A stretch of DNA of 64,000 nt, from contig CAWCVG010000008.1 in NCBI GenBank assembly GCA_963798935.1, positions 4,752-68,751 of the forward strand. The letters are read 5' to 3'. Under the pieces are notes generated by a model that was not told the DNA's origin, searched no databases, and saw only the letters and a list, made by a program, of their open reading frames with translations. Position 1 is the stretch's first letter. Each line of letters begins with the position of its first letter. The stretch is from an uncultured Actinomycetes bacterium (GTDB lineage Bacteria; Actinomycetota; Thermoleophilia; Gaiellales; Gaiellaceae). Shown one piece after another: positions 55,001 through 63,533 of this stretch. The position numbers were made by a program, and so were the translations under genes.

Positions 55001-58000
55001 GCCGGCGCCGCTCGACGCCCGCACCGTGAACGTGTGGTTGCCGACGGCCAGCGGGCCCGGGTACTCCTTCGGCGAGCGCGCAGGGCGCGAACGCGGCGGC
55101 GTCGAGCTTGCACTCGAACGACGCGCCTGCCGCCGCCGCGGCGAACTCGAACGTCGCGCCCGTCTGGACGGTCGTCGCGTCCGGTGCCGAGGTGATGCTC
55201 ACGGCCGCCGGTGCCAGCTCGGGCGGATTGACCCACCACTCGTATGTCGGCGGACGTCAGGTCGATGTTCCCGGCCGCGTCCACGGCGCGGACCGCGAAC
55301 GTGTGGGTGCCGACCGGCAGATCGAGGGCCGCGGGGGACGAGCACGGGCCCCACGCCTCCTCGTCGAGCTTGCATTGGAACGTGACGGTCGGGCTCGCGT
55401 TGTCGCTGCCGTCGAAGCGGAAGCGCTGAACGGCGGTCGAGCTCGGGTCGAGCGGCGTCTCCAGCAGCTGCGTGCCGGGCGCGATGATGTCGCTGATCGG
55501 CACGTCCACGCCGGTGCAGACGATCGTGAAGCACTGGAGCGGCTTGAGGGTGATCGGGTCGAGCGGTCCGTGGTTGCCCTGTCCCTTGTTGCCACCGCCG
55601 TCCGTGTTGTGGCGGCCGTTCGAGCCTTCGCTCGCCCAGATGCCCCAGCCGCCGTTGTCGTTGGCGAGGTTCGCCTTGATGACGTGGCTGACCTTGGAGA
55701 CGTAGATGCCGTAGCCCTTGTTGTTGTTGACCGTGTTGCCCTCGATCCACGACCCCGAGCCGCCGGTCGTCTCGTCGCCGATGTAGATGCCGTCGCCGTC
55801 GTTGTGCGACGACTCGTTCTTCAGAAGCGTGTTGCTCAGCGAGAGCGACGCGACCGAGATGCCGGTGCTGCCGGAGTCGCTGGCGTCGTTGGCCTCGAGC
55901 CGGTTGCCGCTCGAGGCGACCAGGTCGATGCCGCCCTTGTTGGCGCTGACGTCGTTCCCGAGCAGGACGTTGTCGTCCGCCCGGTAGAGCGAGATGCCCT
56001 CGGCGCTGCCGAAGTGGGCGACGTTGTCGAGCAGCTGGTTCCCGTCCGACTCGAGGATCTCGAGCGCAGGCGCCGCTGGGCTCGAGGATGGTGTTCTTCT
56101 CGACGCGGTTGTTGTTCGACTGCTCGCCGACCGTGCCGGTACGCGTGATGTCGATCTTCACGCCCTCGGCGTTCTCGGAGAGGTCGTTCGAGACGACGGT
56201 GTTGTTGTTCGAGCCCTCCATCAGGACGGCCGAGCCGCTCGAGCCGAAGATCGTGTTGCGCTCGAGCCTGTTCGAGTGCGACCGCTCGAGCATGACGCCT
56301 TCGGAGGGGTTGACGTTGATCTCGTTCTCGAGGATCAGCGTCTCCTTCGTCTTGTACGCGAGCCCAGATGCCGATGTCGTTCGCGACGATGGTGTTGAAG
56401 CGGATGATGTTGCCGAGGACCTTCGAGTCGAACGACGAGGGCGGCGGCGGCGGCAGCGGCAGCAGCATGTCCCTCGGGTGCGGCACGTGGCCGAGCCCGA
56501 TGCCCGCCTCCTGGCTCTGCTGGATCTCGAGCTGCTCGACGATGTTCTTCTCGGTCTCGGGGTTCAGCATGACGCCCCAGTCGAACTCGCGGATCTTGCC
56601 GTTCTTGATCGTGACGTTGTCGTAGCCGTCGTTGCGGATGCCGGCGGCGACTCCCTTGCCGTCGATCGTGTGGCCGTCGAGGTCGATCGTGATGCCGTTC
56701 GCGCCGACGACGAGGCCGTCCCACAGACAGTCCGCGAGGTCGTTGCGGACCTTGATGCTCGTCGTGATGACCTGGCCGCAGAAGATGAAGCCGGGGACGG
56801 GCGCCGAGCCGACGTTCCACGAGAACTTCGCCGGCGACGGGTCGATGTTGCCGGTCATGTCGATCGCCTGGACCTCGAACTTGCGGATGCCGATCGGAAT
56901 GCCGCTGTACTCCTCGGGCGACGAGCACGGCTCCCAGTGGTTATAGGTCGCCGGGGCGTCGAGCTTGCACTCGAACGCGCCGTCGAGTCCTCGCTCGAGA
57001 ACGTGAAGGTCGCGTTCGTGAGCACCGTATTCGGGTCCGGGCCGGAATCGATCGCCGTGTCCGGAGGCGTCACGTCGGTCTGAGGCTGGTTGATCGTCCA
57101 CGTGCGCACGGCCGGCGTCGGGTCGACGTTGCCCTTCAGGTCGACAGCGGCGACCTCGAACGTGTGCGAGCCGGGGGCGAGGTCGGAGTACGTCTTCGGC
57201 GTCGTGCAGTCCCCGAAGGCGACGGGCTGACCGTCGAGCCGGCACTCGAACGTGAGGTACGGCCCCGGAATCAGGTTGTCGCTCCCGGTGAAGCGGAACG
57301 TAGCCTCGGTGCTGTCGACGGCGCCCATCGGGCCGGCCGCGATGAACGTGTCGGGCGGGAGGATGTCGTCGCCCGCGAGCTCGTCCGGGAGGGTGATGTC
57401 GATCTCCCACTCCCAGCGCGCCGGCGTCATGTCCTGGTTCTCGACGTTGTCGAGCGCGCGCACCTCGAGGTGGTGCGGGCCCTGCGCGAGCATCGGGATG
57501 TGGAACGGCGACGCGCACTCGATCCAGATGCCGAAATCGATCGTGTCGACGTCGGGCGGCTCGTTCGGATGCGGCGGCTCGGGCTCGGGATCGGGCGGGA
57601 TCGGCGGATCCGGCGGCGCGTCGATCCGGCACTCGTACGACATCGCGGTCGCCGGCGTGGTGTCGTCGGTGCCGGTGAACGTGAAGGTCGCCGACGTCTG
57701 CGCTGATCTGGCCACCTGACACCGCGCCGCCCGGGCCGGTGAGGAACTGCGTGTCGGGCGCCACGACGTCCTCGGGCGTCAGCGGCGGGGCGCCGCCTCC
57801 CTGACACTCGAGGCCGGCGCACTGCTCGTCGAGGGGGTCGACGGGCTCGCCGGGGCCGCGGCCGTTGCCGCTCGCCTTGTTGACCAACGGATGGCCCAGT
57901 GGAGGCGCATGGTTGGTGTGCGTGTACGGCTCGCCCGGGCAGCTCGGGGTTCTCGCCGATCTCGATGCCGATGCCGGCGTTGTTGTGGGCGGTGTTGTTC

Positions 58001-61000
58001 CTGACCGTGTGGCCGCCGTCGGCGACCGCAATGCCGGTCTCGCCTGTTCTCGTTGGTCGTGTTGCCCTCGATGAGGGCGCCGCCGACCGGCTGGCCGAGG
58101 GTGTTGAAGATCCCGCTCTCGACCGAGATGCCGGCGCCGCCCGTCAGGTTGGCGACGTTGTCCCTGACGACGATGTTGGCGCCGTTCCCGATCTCGAAGC
58201 CGCTCTGCAGCGAATGGGACGCGTTGTTCCCCTCGATGAGGACGTTGTTCGACTCGCCCGTGTCGACGCCGCTCGGGTTGTAGCGCACGTCGTTGCCGAT
58301 CACGACCGTGTCGTTGCCCTGGGTGACCACGACGCCGCCGTCCGAGCTTCCGTGCGCGAGGTTGTCGATCACGCGCGTTCCGGTCGAGTCCTGGATGTAG
58401 ACGCCCGCGTCGCCGTTCCGGACCATCTCGTTGCGCTCGACGAGGTTCCGGTGCGAGCTCGGCCGTGATGACGAGCGCAGCGTCGCCGAAGTCGCTGAAG
58501 TAGTTGTCGACGAACTCGTTCTCGTTCGAGAACTCGAGGTTCGCGCCGGCGTCACTGTCGATGTTGGGGTTGAAGGACACGCCGAGCATCTCGTTGCCCT
58601 CGAAGCGGTTGCGGTTGGCCTCGATCAGCTGGAAGCCGACGCCGCCGTTCGAGAAGAACTCGTTGTCCTTGACCAGCGTGCCCTCGGTGCCGTTGATGAG
58701 CGAGAGCGCCGCCTCGCCGTTGCTCGTGAAGACGTTGTTGCGGATCGTGTTGCCGTTCCGCCCGTCGTCGGCGTCGTTCAGCTCGATGCCGGCGAGGATG
58801 TGGCCCTCGAGCCTCAGGTCGTGGACGACGTTGTAGGTCGTGCCGCCGGTGAGCATGACGCCGTAGCCGAAGTTCTTGACGGTGCCGTTGCGGATGACGA
58901 CGTTCGCTGTGGCCGCTGTTCCGGATGCCGGAGATGAGGCCGTTCTCCTGGCCCGCGATGAACACGGCGTTGCTCGAGACCGTGTGGCCGCCGAGGTCGA
59001 GCACGATGTTCGGCGCGCCGATGATGAGGCCCTCGCCGATGCAGCCCGTCACGTCGTCCGCGAGCAGCGTGCTCTCGGTGATGACCTGGCCGCACTGCGC
59101 CTCGACCGGCGGTCCCGTCGGATCGGCCGGCGGCGGCGGCACCGTCGTGTCGTCGTCCGCGTAGCGGAGGACGAGCTCGGGCAGGGTGCCCGGCTCCGGC
59201 GGCGGCTCCTGGAACGTCTCGCGGCTGGTGAAGCTCTGCTCGGCGCCGTTTTCGAGGTCGCTCTCGTGCGAGTCACGGATCTGCCAGCCGTAGCTGACGC
59301 CGGCCGCGAGCATCTCCTCGACGTGCGAGAGGACGTTCCACTCCATATAGCCATCGGTCTGCGGCGGCACCACCGCGACCGGATCGTCGCTGCTCGTGTC
59401 CGGCTGGTTGGGCCACGTCCCCGGCTGGCTCATCCAGGTGAGCGTGCTCTCCTTGAACGGGCCGGCCAGCGGGGTGGCCAGGATCGTCCGTCCCTCGTCG
59501 CCTCCCTCGGGACCGTCGTTGAAGAGGCGCAGCGTCGCCGACTCGAGCGTGCAGTTGGCTGCGTCCGTGGGCAGGTCGAAGCGGAAGAGCGAGCGCGCGT
59601 TCTGGCCGATGGTCGGCACCGGCGGGACGGCGTCGGGATCGCCGGTCGCATCGGAGGCGACGCTCAGCTCCGTCTCGAAGAGGTAGTTCTCCCACGGCAC
59701 GACCTCGTTCACCCAGCCGTCGGCGGTCGCCGTGAGGGTGATGTTGGCGGTGTCGCAGTTGGTCCCCTGAGCGACCGTCCACGAGAAGCGGGCCGGCGTC
59801 GGGTCGACGAGCTCGGAGCCGCCGCTTTCCGCCCGCACCTCGAGCGTGTGCACGCCGCTCGCCAGGTTGCTGAAGATCATCGGGTTCGTGCACTCGAGCC
59901 AGAGGTCGGGATCCTTCGTGTCGAGCCGGCACTCGTACTCCATGAACATCGGCGGCGTCATCGGGTCGATCGCCGAGAAGGTGAAAGTGGCCGACGCGGC
60001 TGTTCGTGACCGCCGGCGGGTGCTCGACGATGATCGTCTCGGGCGGCTCCTCGGCCGGCCAGATGTCCCTGATCGCCGGCGTCGGGTCGACGTTGTCGTT
60101 CCGGTCGACCGCGCGGACCTCGAAGCGCGTGAGACCCTCCTCGCCGACGAGGATCGACTCCCACGGGCTGTTGCAGCCGAGCCACTGGAGCTCCGGCGGC
60201 ACCGGATCCCACGGCGCGATGACCTCCGGCTCTTCGACGAGGTCGACGTCGTAGAGCCGGCACTCGTAGTTGAGGTCCTCCGTCGCGGTCTGGTTGTCGC
60301 TCCCCGTGAACCGCCACTCCATGGTCTCCTCGGTGTTCTGGATCGGGCCCGAGAGGTACTCGGTGTCCGGCGGGGTGGTCGTCGGGCGGCGGGGGGTCGC
60401 CGACGAACTCGAAGGCGCCCATGTCGCAGCGGCCGTTCTGCGGGCGCGGGATGCCGCGGGCGTCGGTGTCGGGGCACGGCGTCACGGCGGCGTCGATCGC
60501 AAGGCTGCCGTAGTTGAGGCGGTGCGTCATCACGGAACCGCCGTTGTCGGCGAGCGCGTCGACGGTGAACGTCGGGCTGAAGCGGTCACGCATCGGCGCC
60601 AGGCCCGAGTCGCTGTTGCCGGCGACGGCGAGGAAGCACTTCGTCTTCTCGGGCAGGAGCGCCTCGCCCGTGGCCGGGTCTCCGGGGTACTGCTTCCCGC
60701 CGGTGTCCATGTTGCCGCCCTCGGACGTGACGTAGAAGTCGCAGCTGCCGCCTTCGACGCTGCCGCCGACGATCGAGTTCCGCACGACGACCGCTTCGTT
60801 GGCCTTGGGCGGGACGTCCGGCACGAAGTCCGACTCGGCGACGCCGATGCCGCCGCCGCGCGGAGCGGAGTTCCGCCAGACGGTCAGGTTGATCAGCTTG
60901 AGCTCGCCGTCGGCGTCGTGGAAGATGCCGCCGCCGCCGGTGGCCGCGACGTTGCCCGAGATCGTCGTGTTCTCGATCAGCGAGTCGCCGTCGGCGAGGC

Positions 61001-63155
61001 TGAAGATGCCGCCGCCGTGGCCGCCTTCCTCGATGTCGCCGTCCTCGCCGATGACCGGGTGGCGCGCGACGTTGCGGAGGAAGAGCGACCTCCGCACGAT
61101 GAGGTCGTTGTCGGGCGCGTTCGCCAGGCCGCCGCCGCTGACGGCGCTGTTCCGCTCGACCGTCGAATCGAGGATGAAGAACGGGTTGCTCGACGAGTTG
61201 TAGATGCCGCCGCCGTTGAGGACCGCGTAGTTGTTCACGACGTGCAGCCGCTCGAAGGTGACGCGGAAGCCGCTGTTCTCGATGCCGCCGCCGTCCGCGC
61301 CGGCACGGTTGTTGCGGATGACGCTGTCGCTGATCTTGACGTCGCCGGAGTTGTCGATGCTGATGCCGCCGCCCTCTTCGCTGGCGTCGTTGCCCTCGAA
61401 CGTGGAGCCCGTGACGGTGACGGGGCCGCCCTCCGTGTAGAGGCCGCCGCCGCCCGCGATGTTGACGCCCGGGTCATTCGGGTCGACGGGCTCCGGCACT
61501 TCCCCCGGGTCGAGCGGCTCGGGCGGCTCCGGCACGCCGCCCTTGTTGTTCTTGAAGATCGAGTCCTGGATCGTGACGAGCCGCTCGCTGCCCGTCCACG
61601 CGCCGCCGCCCTCGCCGTTCGACTCGTTCGCCGTCGAACGTGACGCGCGTCACGGTCATGCTGGCGCGGCCCCCGTTGGCGAGGCCGCCGCCCTCGTCGC
61701 CCGCCTTGTTGCCGGCGAAGAGGACGTCGGTCAGGACGAGGTGGCCCTCGCCGTCGCTGACCATGCCCCCGCCGGAGCCGAGCGTCTGGATGGCCGGCGG
61801 CTCCGTGCCAGGAGGCGGAGGCGGCGGGTCCGGGGCTGCCGCTGCGTTGCCCACGATCGTCGACCCCGTGATGGTGATCTTCGAGCGCAGGCCGATCGAG
61901 GTCGCCGCGCCGGCGCTGTAGATACCGCCGCCGTCATGCGCCCGGTTGCCGGACACGCGTGCTGTCCTTGATCGTCAGCTTGCCGCCGCTGGAGTAGACG
62001 GCGCCGCCGGTCGCCTCGGTCGTGTTGTCGGTGAACTCCGAGTTCTCGATGATCAGGTTGCCGTCGCCGAGGTTCGCGACTGCGCCGCCGTCGTGCTCGG
62101 AGTAGTTGTCGCGCAGCCTCGAGTTGCCGATCCAGATCGTGCCGACGCCGTCGAACTGACCCTCGTTGGCGATCGGGGTCGAGTCCGGCGGCAGGACGCC
62201 CGGCGCCGGGATCATCTCCTCCGGGTCGAGGGGATCCGGGATCATCGGGCCCGGGTTGTCGATGATGTCCGAATTGAAGATCGAGATGTAGCCGGCCGAT
62301 TGGTTGTTGATCGCCGAGCCGCCGCCGCCCGAGCTGTTGTGCTTGAAGAGCGAGTCGATGATCTCGATGCGCCCGGGCTGCGGCATCGGGATCGGATCCA
62401 TCGGGAGCCAGTCGTAGTCGAACGGATCGGCGTTGTTGATCGCGCCCGCTCCGCCGGGCTGGTTCCTCAGCACCTGGACGTCTCCTGAGGGTGATGACGC
62501 CGGACGACCAGTTCTGGATCGCGGCGCCGTCGCCGTCGACGGAACCCTCGCGAAGCGTCACGTCTTCGAACGTGACGTTGCGCGCCTGCGGATGGATCTC
62601 GAAGAGTCGATCCATACCGACGGCGTCGGCGTTGTTCTCCGGCGGCGTGCCGCCGTCGATGATCGTCCCGGCGGCGGCGTTGCCGCGGATCGTGACCGGA
62701 TCCATGATGTCGAAGTCGCCGCTGGCGGGGGTGTCGTCGTTGACCACCGGGATCCCGAGCGCGAACACGCCCGGAAGCCCGAACGTGATCGTGTCGGCGC
62801 CGGGATGTGCGTTCGCTTCAAGGATCGCGGCGCGGAGCGTGCACGTGTTTCCCGAGAACGCGCCGGTGCTGCAGGTGCCGTCGCCGGGATTCATGTCTGC
62901 TTGATCGGCAGTGCTGTTGACCGTGTAGGTCACGGGAACGGCTGCGAACGCATTCGCCGAGAGCGCGACCGCCGCCACGCTCAACGCGATCGTTGCGATC
63001 GCGAGCCGAACCAGGACGCGGCGCGCGCGGTGGGGGAGGAGCGCGCTCGGCCGGGTCTCGCCCAGGTCGGAGGTCGTGCGGTCGTTGACGTCCTCGCGTA
63101 GAGGCCGTGCGAGGGCGGGGAGGTCCCGAGCGCGCAGGCTCAGGGAGACGGCCAT
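31036..63155 (-). CDS. giant modular secreted protein, gene A (about 32 kb, on the order of 10,700 codons if contiguous), interrupted by many dozens of single-nt frame breaks as assembled
   Basis: The N-terminus lies in ORF 61731..63173 (...RARRVLVRLAIATIALSVAAVALSANAFA / AVPVTYTVNSTADQ...). Recognisable domain sequence continues through minus-strand ORFs including 61934..62473, 61474..61956, 59958..61535, 59273..60322, 58552..60477, 55836..58856, 53434..54729, 52233..53549, 35339..37882, 31647..34295 and 31036..32238. The gene ends ...NPPQLVIQYD*. I saw no internal stop followed by a start and signal peptide. Start is uncertain: ATG 63155 or TTG 63173. Confidence 0.7.
31039..31548 (-). other. 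gene A C-terminal DNRLRE-like module
   Basis: Sequence is ISNCTAGSVTVTSVADSWVLQSDAAKNNGGDSVLKVDSKSSSNARALVRFALPTLPAGCDVVSAKLRLYASSYKDGRTLRAIPLAAAWTENLVTWGNQPAT...GYREWTITSQTQAMYAPGGFNHGFLIRDATENAGGMDQAFHSREKLTDNPPQLVIQYD*. Confidence 0.72.
32355..33365 (-). other. gene A: two tandem internal DNRLRE-like modules (both intact)
   Basis: First module: DCTSVQTVGADADAWIELKSPSNNHGGDSVLKVMSKSGEDSRALVRFPAPTVPSGCVLQSATLRLYAGGHSAGRTIQALPLAATWTESGVNWSNQPAT...NGFLIRDAAEGNGGSEQQLHSREKSDNQPQMVYSY. Second module: SCGTQQTVGAGADAWIDQAAPLTNKGGDSTIKVISKGPANNARSLVRFNLPALPAGCAVESATMRLHL...GVTWDNQPLT...NNGFLIRDAGDNNGGSEQQIASREAPMNRPELVIRF. Ig-like repeats resume in the same ORF afterwards. Confidence 0.72.
36506..36886 (-). 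other. gene A insert domain, copy 1 (intact reference copy, about 127 aa, unassigned family)
   Basis: Sequence is PPPPNTSVGSNVSVDLDLGAGQSATVTFASVATAGNTTADVVPGGPALPVGYLAAGASYYDIDTTAGYTAPVTVCLTYVPGSLAEPVRLLHWDADTSSWVDITTSGDPVAGEVCGVTDSLSPFALA, within ORF 35339..37882. Confidence 0.6.
42275..42660 (-). other. gene A insert domain, copy 2 (unassigned family)
   Basis: Sequence is VAAPPPPNTPAGTDVIVQLTSPG... then ...RLLHHDGTEWVDVTLTADEVAGTVCGDAESLSPFAIVAG, read across frame breaks. Confidence 0.5.
50410..50795 (-). other. gene A insert domain, copy 3 (unassigned family)
   Basis: It starts ...APNTPVGNNV.... It contains ...YFDIHTTAEYGEPV... and ...ARLLEYDGSEWTDITLRND...IAGLVCAEPEDFGLFALAA, read across frame breaks. 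Confidence 0.5.
53776..54940 (-). other. gene A NosD-like beta-helix module 3
   Basis: Header is VCGEVLLESVKVMNDLLECPDNALVIGTGSITLDLNGHTIDGVGLGGGITNMGFDNVTIMNG. It continues GVMLNPGTGSNIVRDLRLELNQEGGIGLADADQNGLGNIIERNTLVSNGYGIAMYSGTKNAIIRHNEFALSSQDGIYLEHATGARIEENEIATSGGNAIGSIGGSDHRIVNNTMTENHGGGITLG.... Confidence 0.72.
55520..56780 (-). other. gene A NosD-like beta-helix module 2
   Basis: Header is FCGQVITTSIKVRNDLADCLWDGLVVGANGITIDLDGHTIDGKGVAAGIRNDGYDNVTIKNGKIREFDWGVMLNPETEKNIVEQLEI. It continues ...MLERSHSNRLERNTIFGSSGSAVLMEGSNNNTVVSNDLSENAEGVKIDI.... Frame breaks occur inside. Confidence 0.7.
57950..59097 (-). other. gene A right-handed parallel beta-helix (NosD-like) module 1
   Basis: Header is QCGQVITESTLLADDVTGCIGEGLIIGAPNIVLDLGGHTVSS...GIRNSGH. 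It continues ...GVMLTGGTTYNVVHDLRLEGHILAGIELNDADDGRNGNTIRNNVFTSNGEAALSLINGTEGTLVKDNEFFSNGGVGFQLIEANRNRFEGNEM...VVIGNDVRYNPSGVDTGESNNVLIEGNNASHSLQSGFEIGNGANIVVRDNV. Frame breaks occur inside. Confidence 0.7.
59155..59760 (-). other. gene A internal DNRLRE-like module (divergent, longer)
   Basis: Sequence is NCDTANITLTATADGWVNEVVPWENYLFETELSVASD...GQNARSLFRFDLPTDAANCTLESATLRLFNDGPEGGDEGRTILATPLAGPFKESTLTWMSQPGTW...GYMEWNVLSHVEEMLAAGVSYGWQIRDSHESDLENGAEQSFTSRETFQEPPPEPGTLPELVLRY. Confidence 0.6.
60400..60770 (-). other. gene A choice-of-anchor-Q-like region
   Basis: Sequence is VVRNSIVGGSVEGGSCDFYVTSEGGNMDTGG...DALADNGGSVMTHRLNYGSLAIDAAVTPCPDTDARGIPRPQNGRCDMGAFEF. Confidence 0.6.
60771..62648 (-). 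repeat. gene A Pmp-like beta-helix repeats with proline-rich inserts
   Basis: Examples: GGAVANLGDGNLIIENSEFTDNTTEATGGAVYSSGGKLTIKDS; GGGIYSAGAATSIGLRSKITITGSTIVGN; GGGLYTEGGPVTVTGSTFEGNDASEEGGGISIDNSGDVKISDSVIRNNRAGADGGGIENSG...GGGIYNSS...GGGLANAP...GGGIFSLADGDSLIENTTISGNVAATGGGGIFHD. Inserts are PDPPPPPPGTEPP and PEPPEPLDPGEVPEPVDPNDPG. Confidence 0.7.
62649..63155 (-). other. gene A N-terminal extension, signal peptide and CSLREA-type domain
   Basis: Sequence is VTYTVNSTADQADMNPGDGTCSTGAFSGNTCTLRAAILEANAHPGADTITFGLPGVFALGIPVVNDDTPASGDFDIMDPVTIRGNAAAGTIIDGG. The predicted cleavage site is ANAFA/AV, near 62942. Confidence 0.7.
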
Positions 63156-63533
63156 GGCTGCCGCGACCAGCAAGAGCGAGGCCGCATTCGCGGCCTCGGG
63201 GTTCAGCAGGAGGAAGGCGTAGAGCGCAAAGGCAGCGCCGCCGGCGAGCAGGGTCCGCCGGCGGCGAGCACACGTGCTCGTGTCCTCGCCGCCGGGTAGG
63301 GGGAGGACCCGATCGACGTTCGGCCGGGCGCGTCAGCCCCGGCCTCCAGAGACCTGTTAAACGTCGAATGTCGCTTAGGTCGCAACCAAAACTCCCCGCG
63401 CCAGTGTGGAAGCGGCGAATCAGGGTTCCGTCAAACCACGGTGAGAGTTCGTTTATCTGTGTCTTTCTCATGGTCCCGCTCCCTGGCCGCGCATCCGGTC
63501 GAGAGCCGGTGCCGCAGGTGCGGGCGGCGAGGC

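Noticed and set aside
22084-63173. Programmed ribosomal frameshifting or phase variation as the explanation for the frame breaks
   Set aside because: - There are far too many breaks (dozens), in both directions.
- I could see no shared slippery heptamer or long homopolymer.
- Identical-type breaks occur in ABC transporter and regulator genes.
- Sequence error or decay is more parsimonious.
63203-63471. Small minus-strand ORF starting MRKTQINELSPWFDGTLIRRFHTGAGSFG... upstream of the 32-kb gene
   Set aside because: - It has no recognisable family.
- It runs into the gene A region out of frame.
- It lies in the probable promoter region.
- It cannot be supported as a gene without corrected sequence, and is mentioned only in the 5'-end finding.
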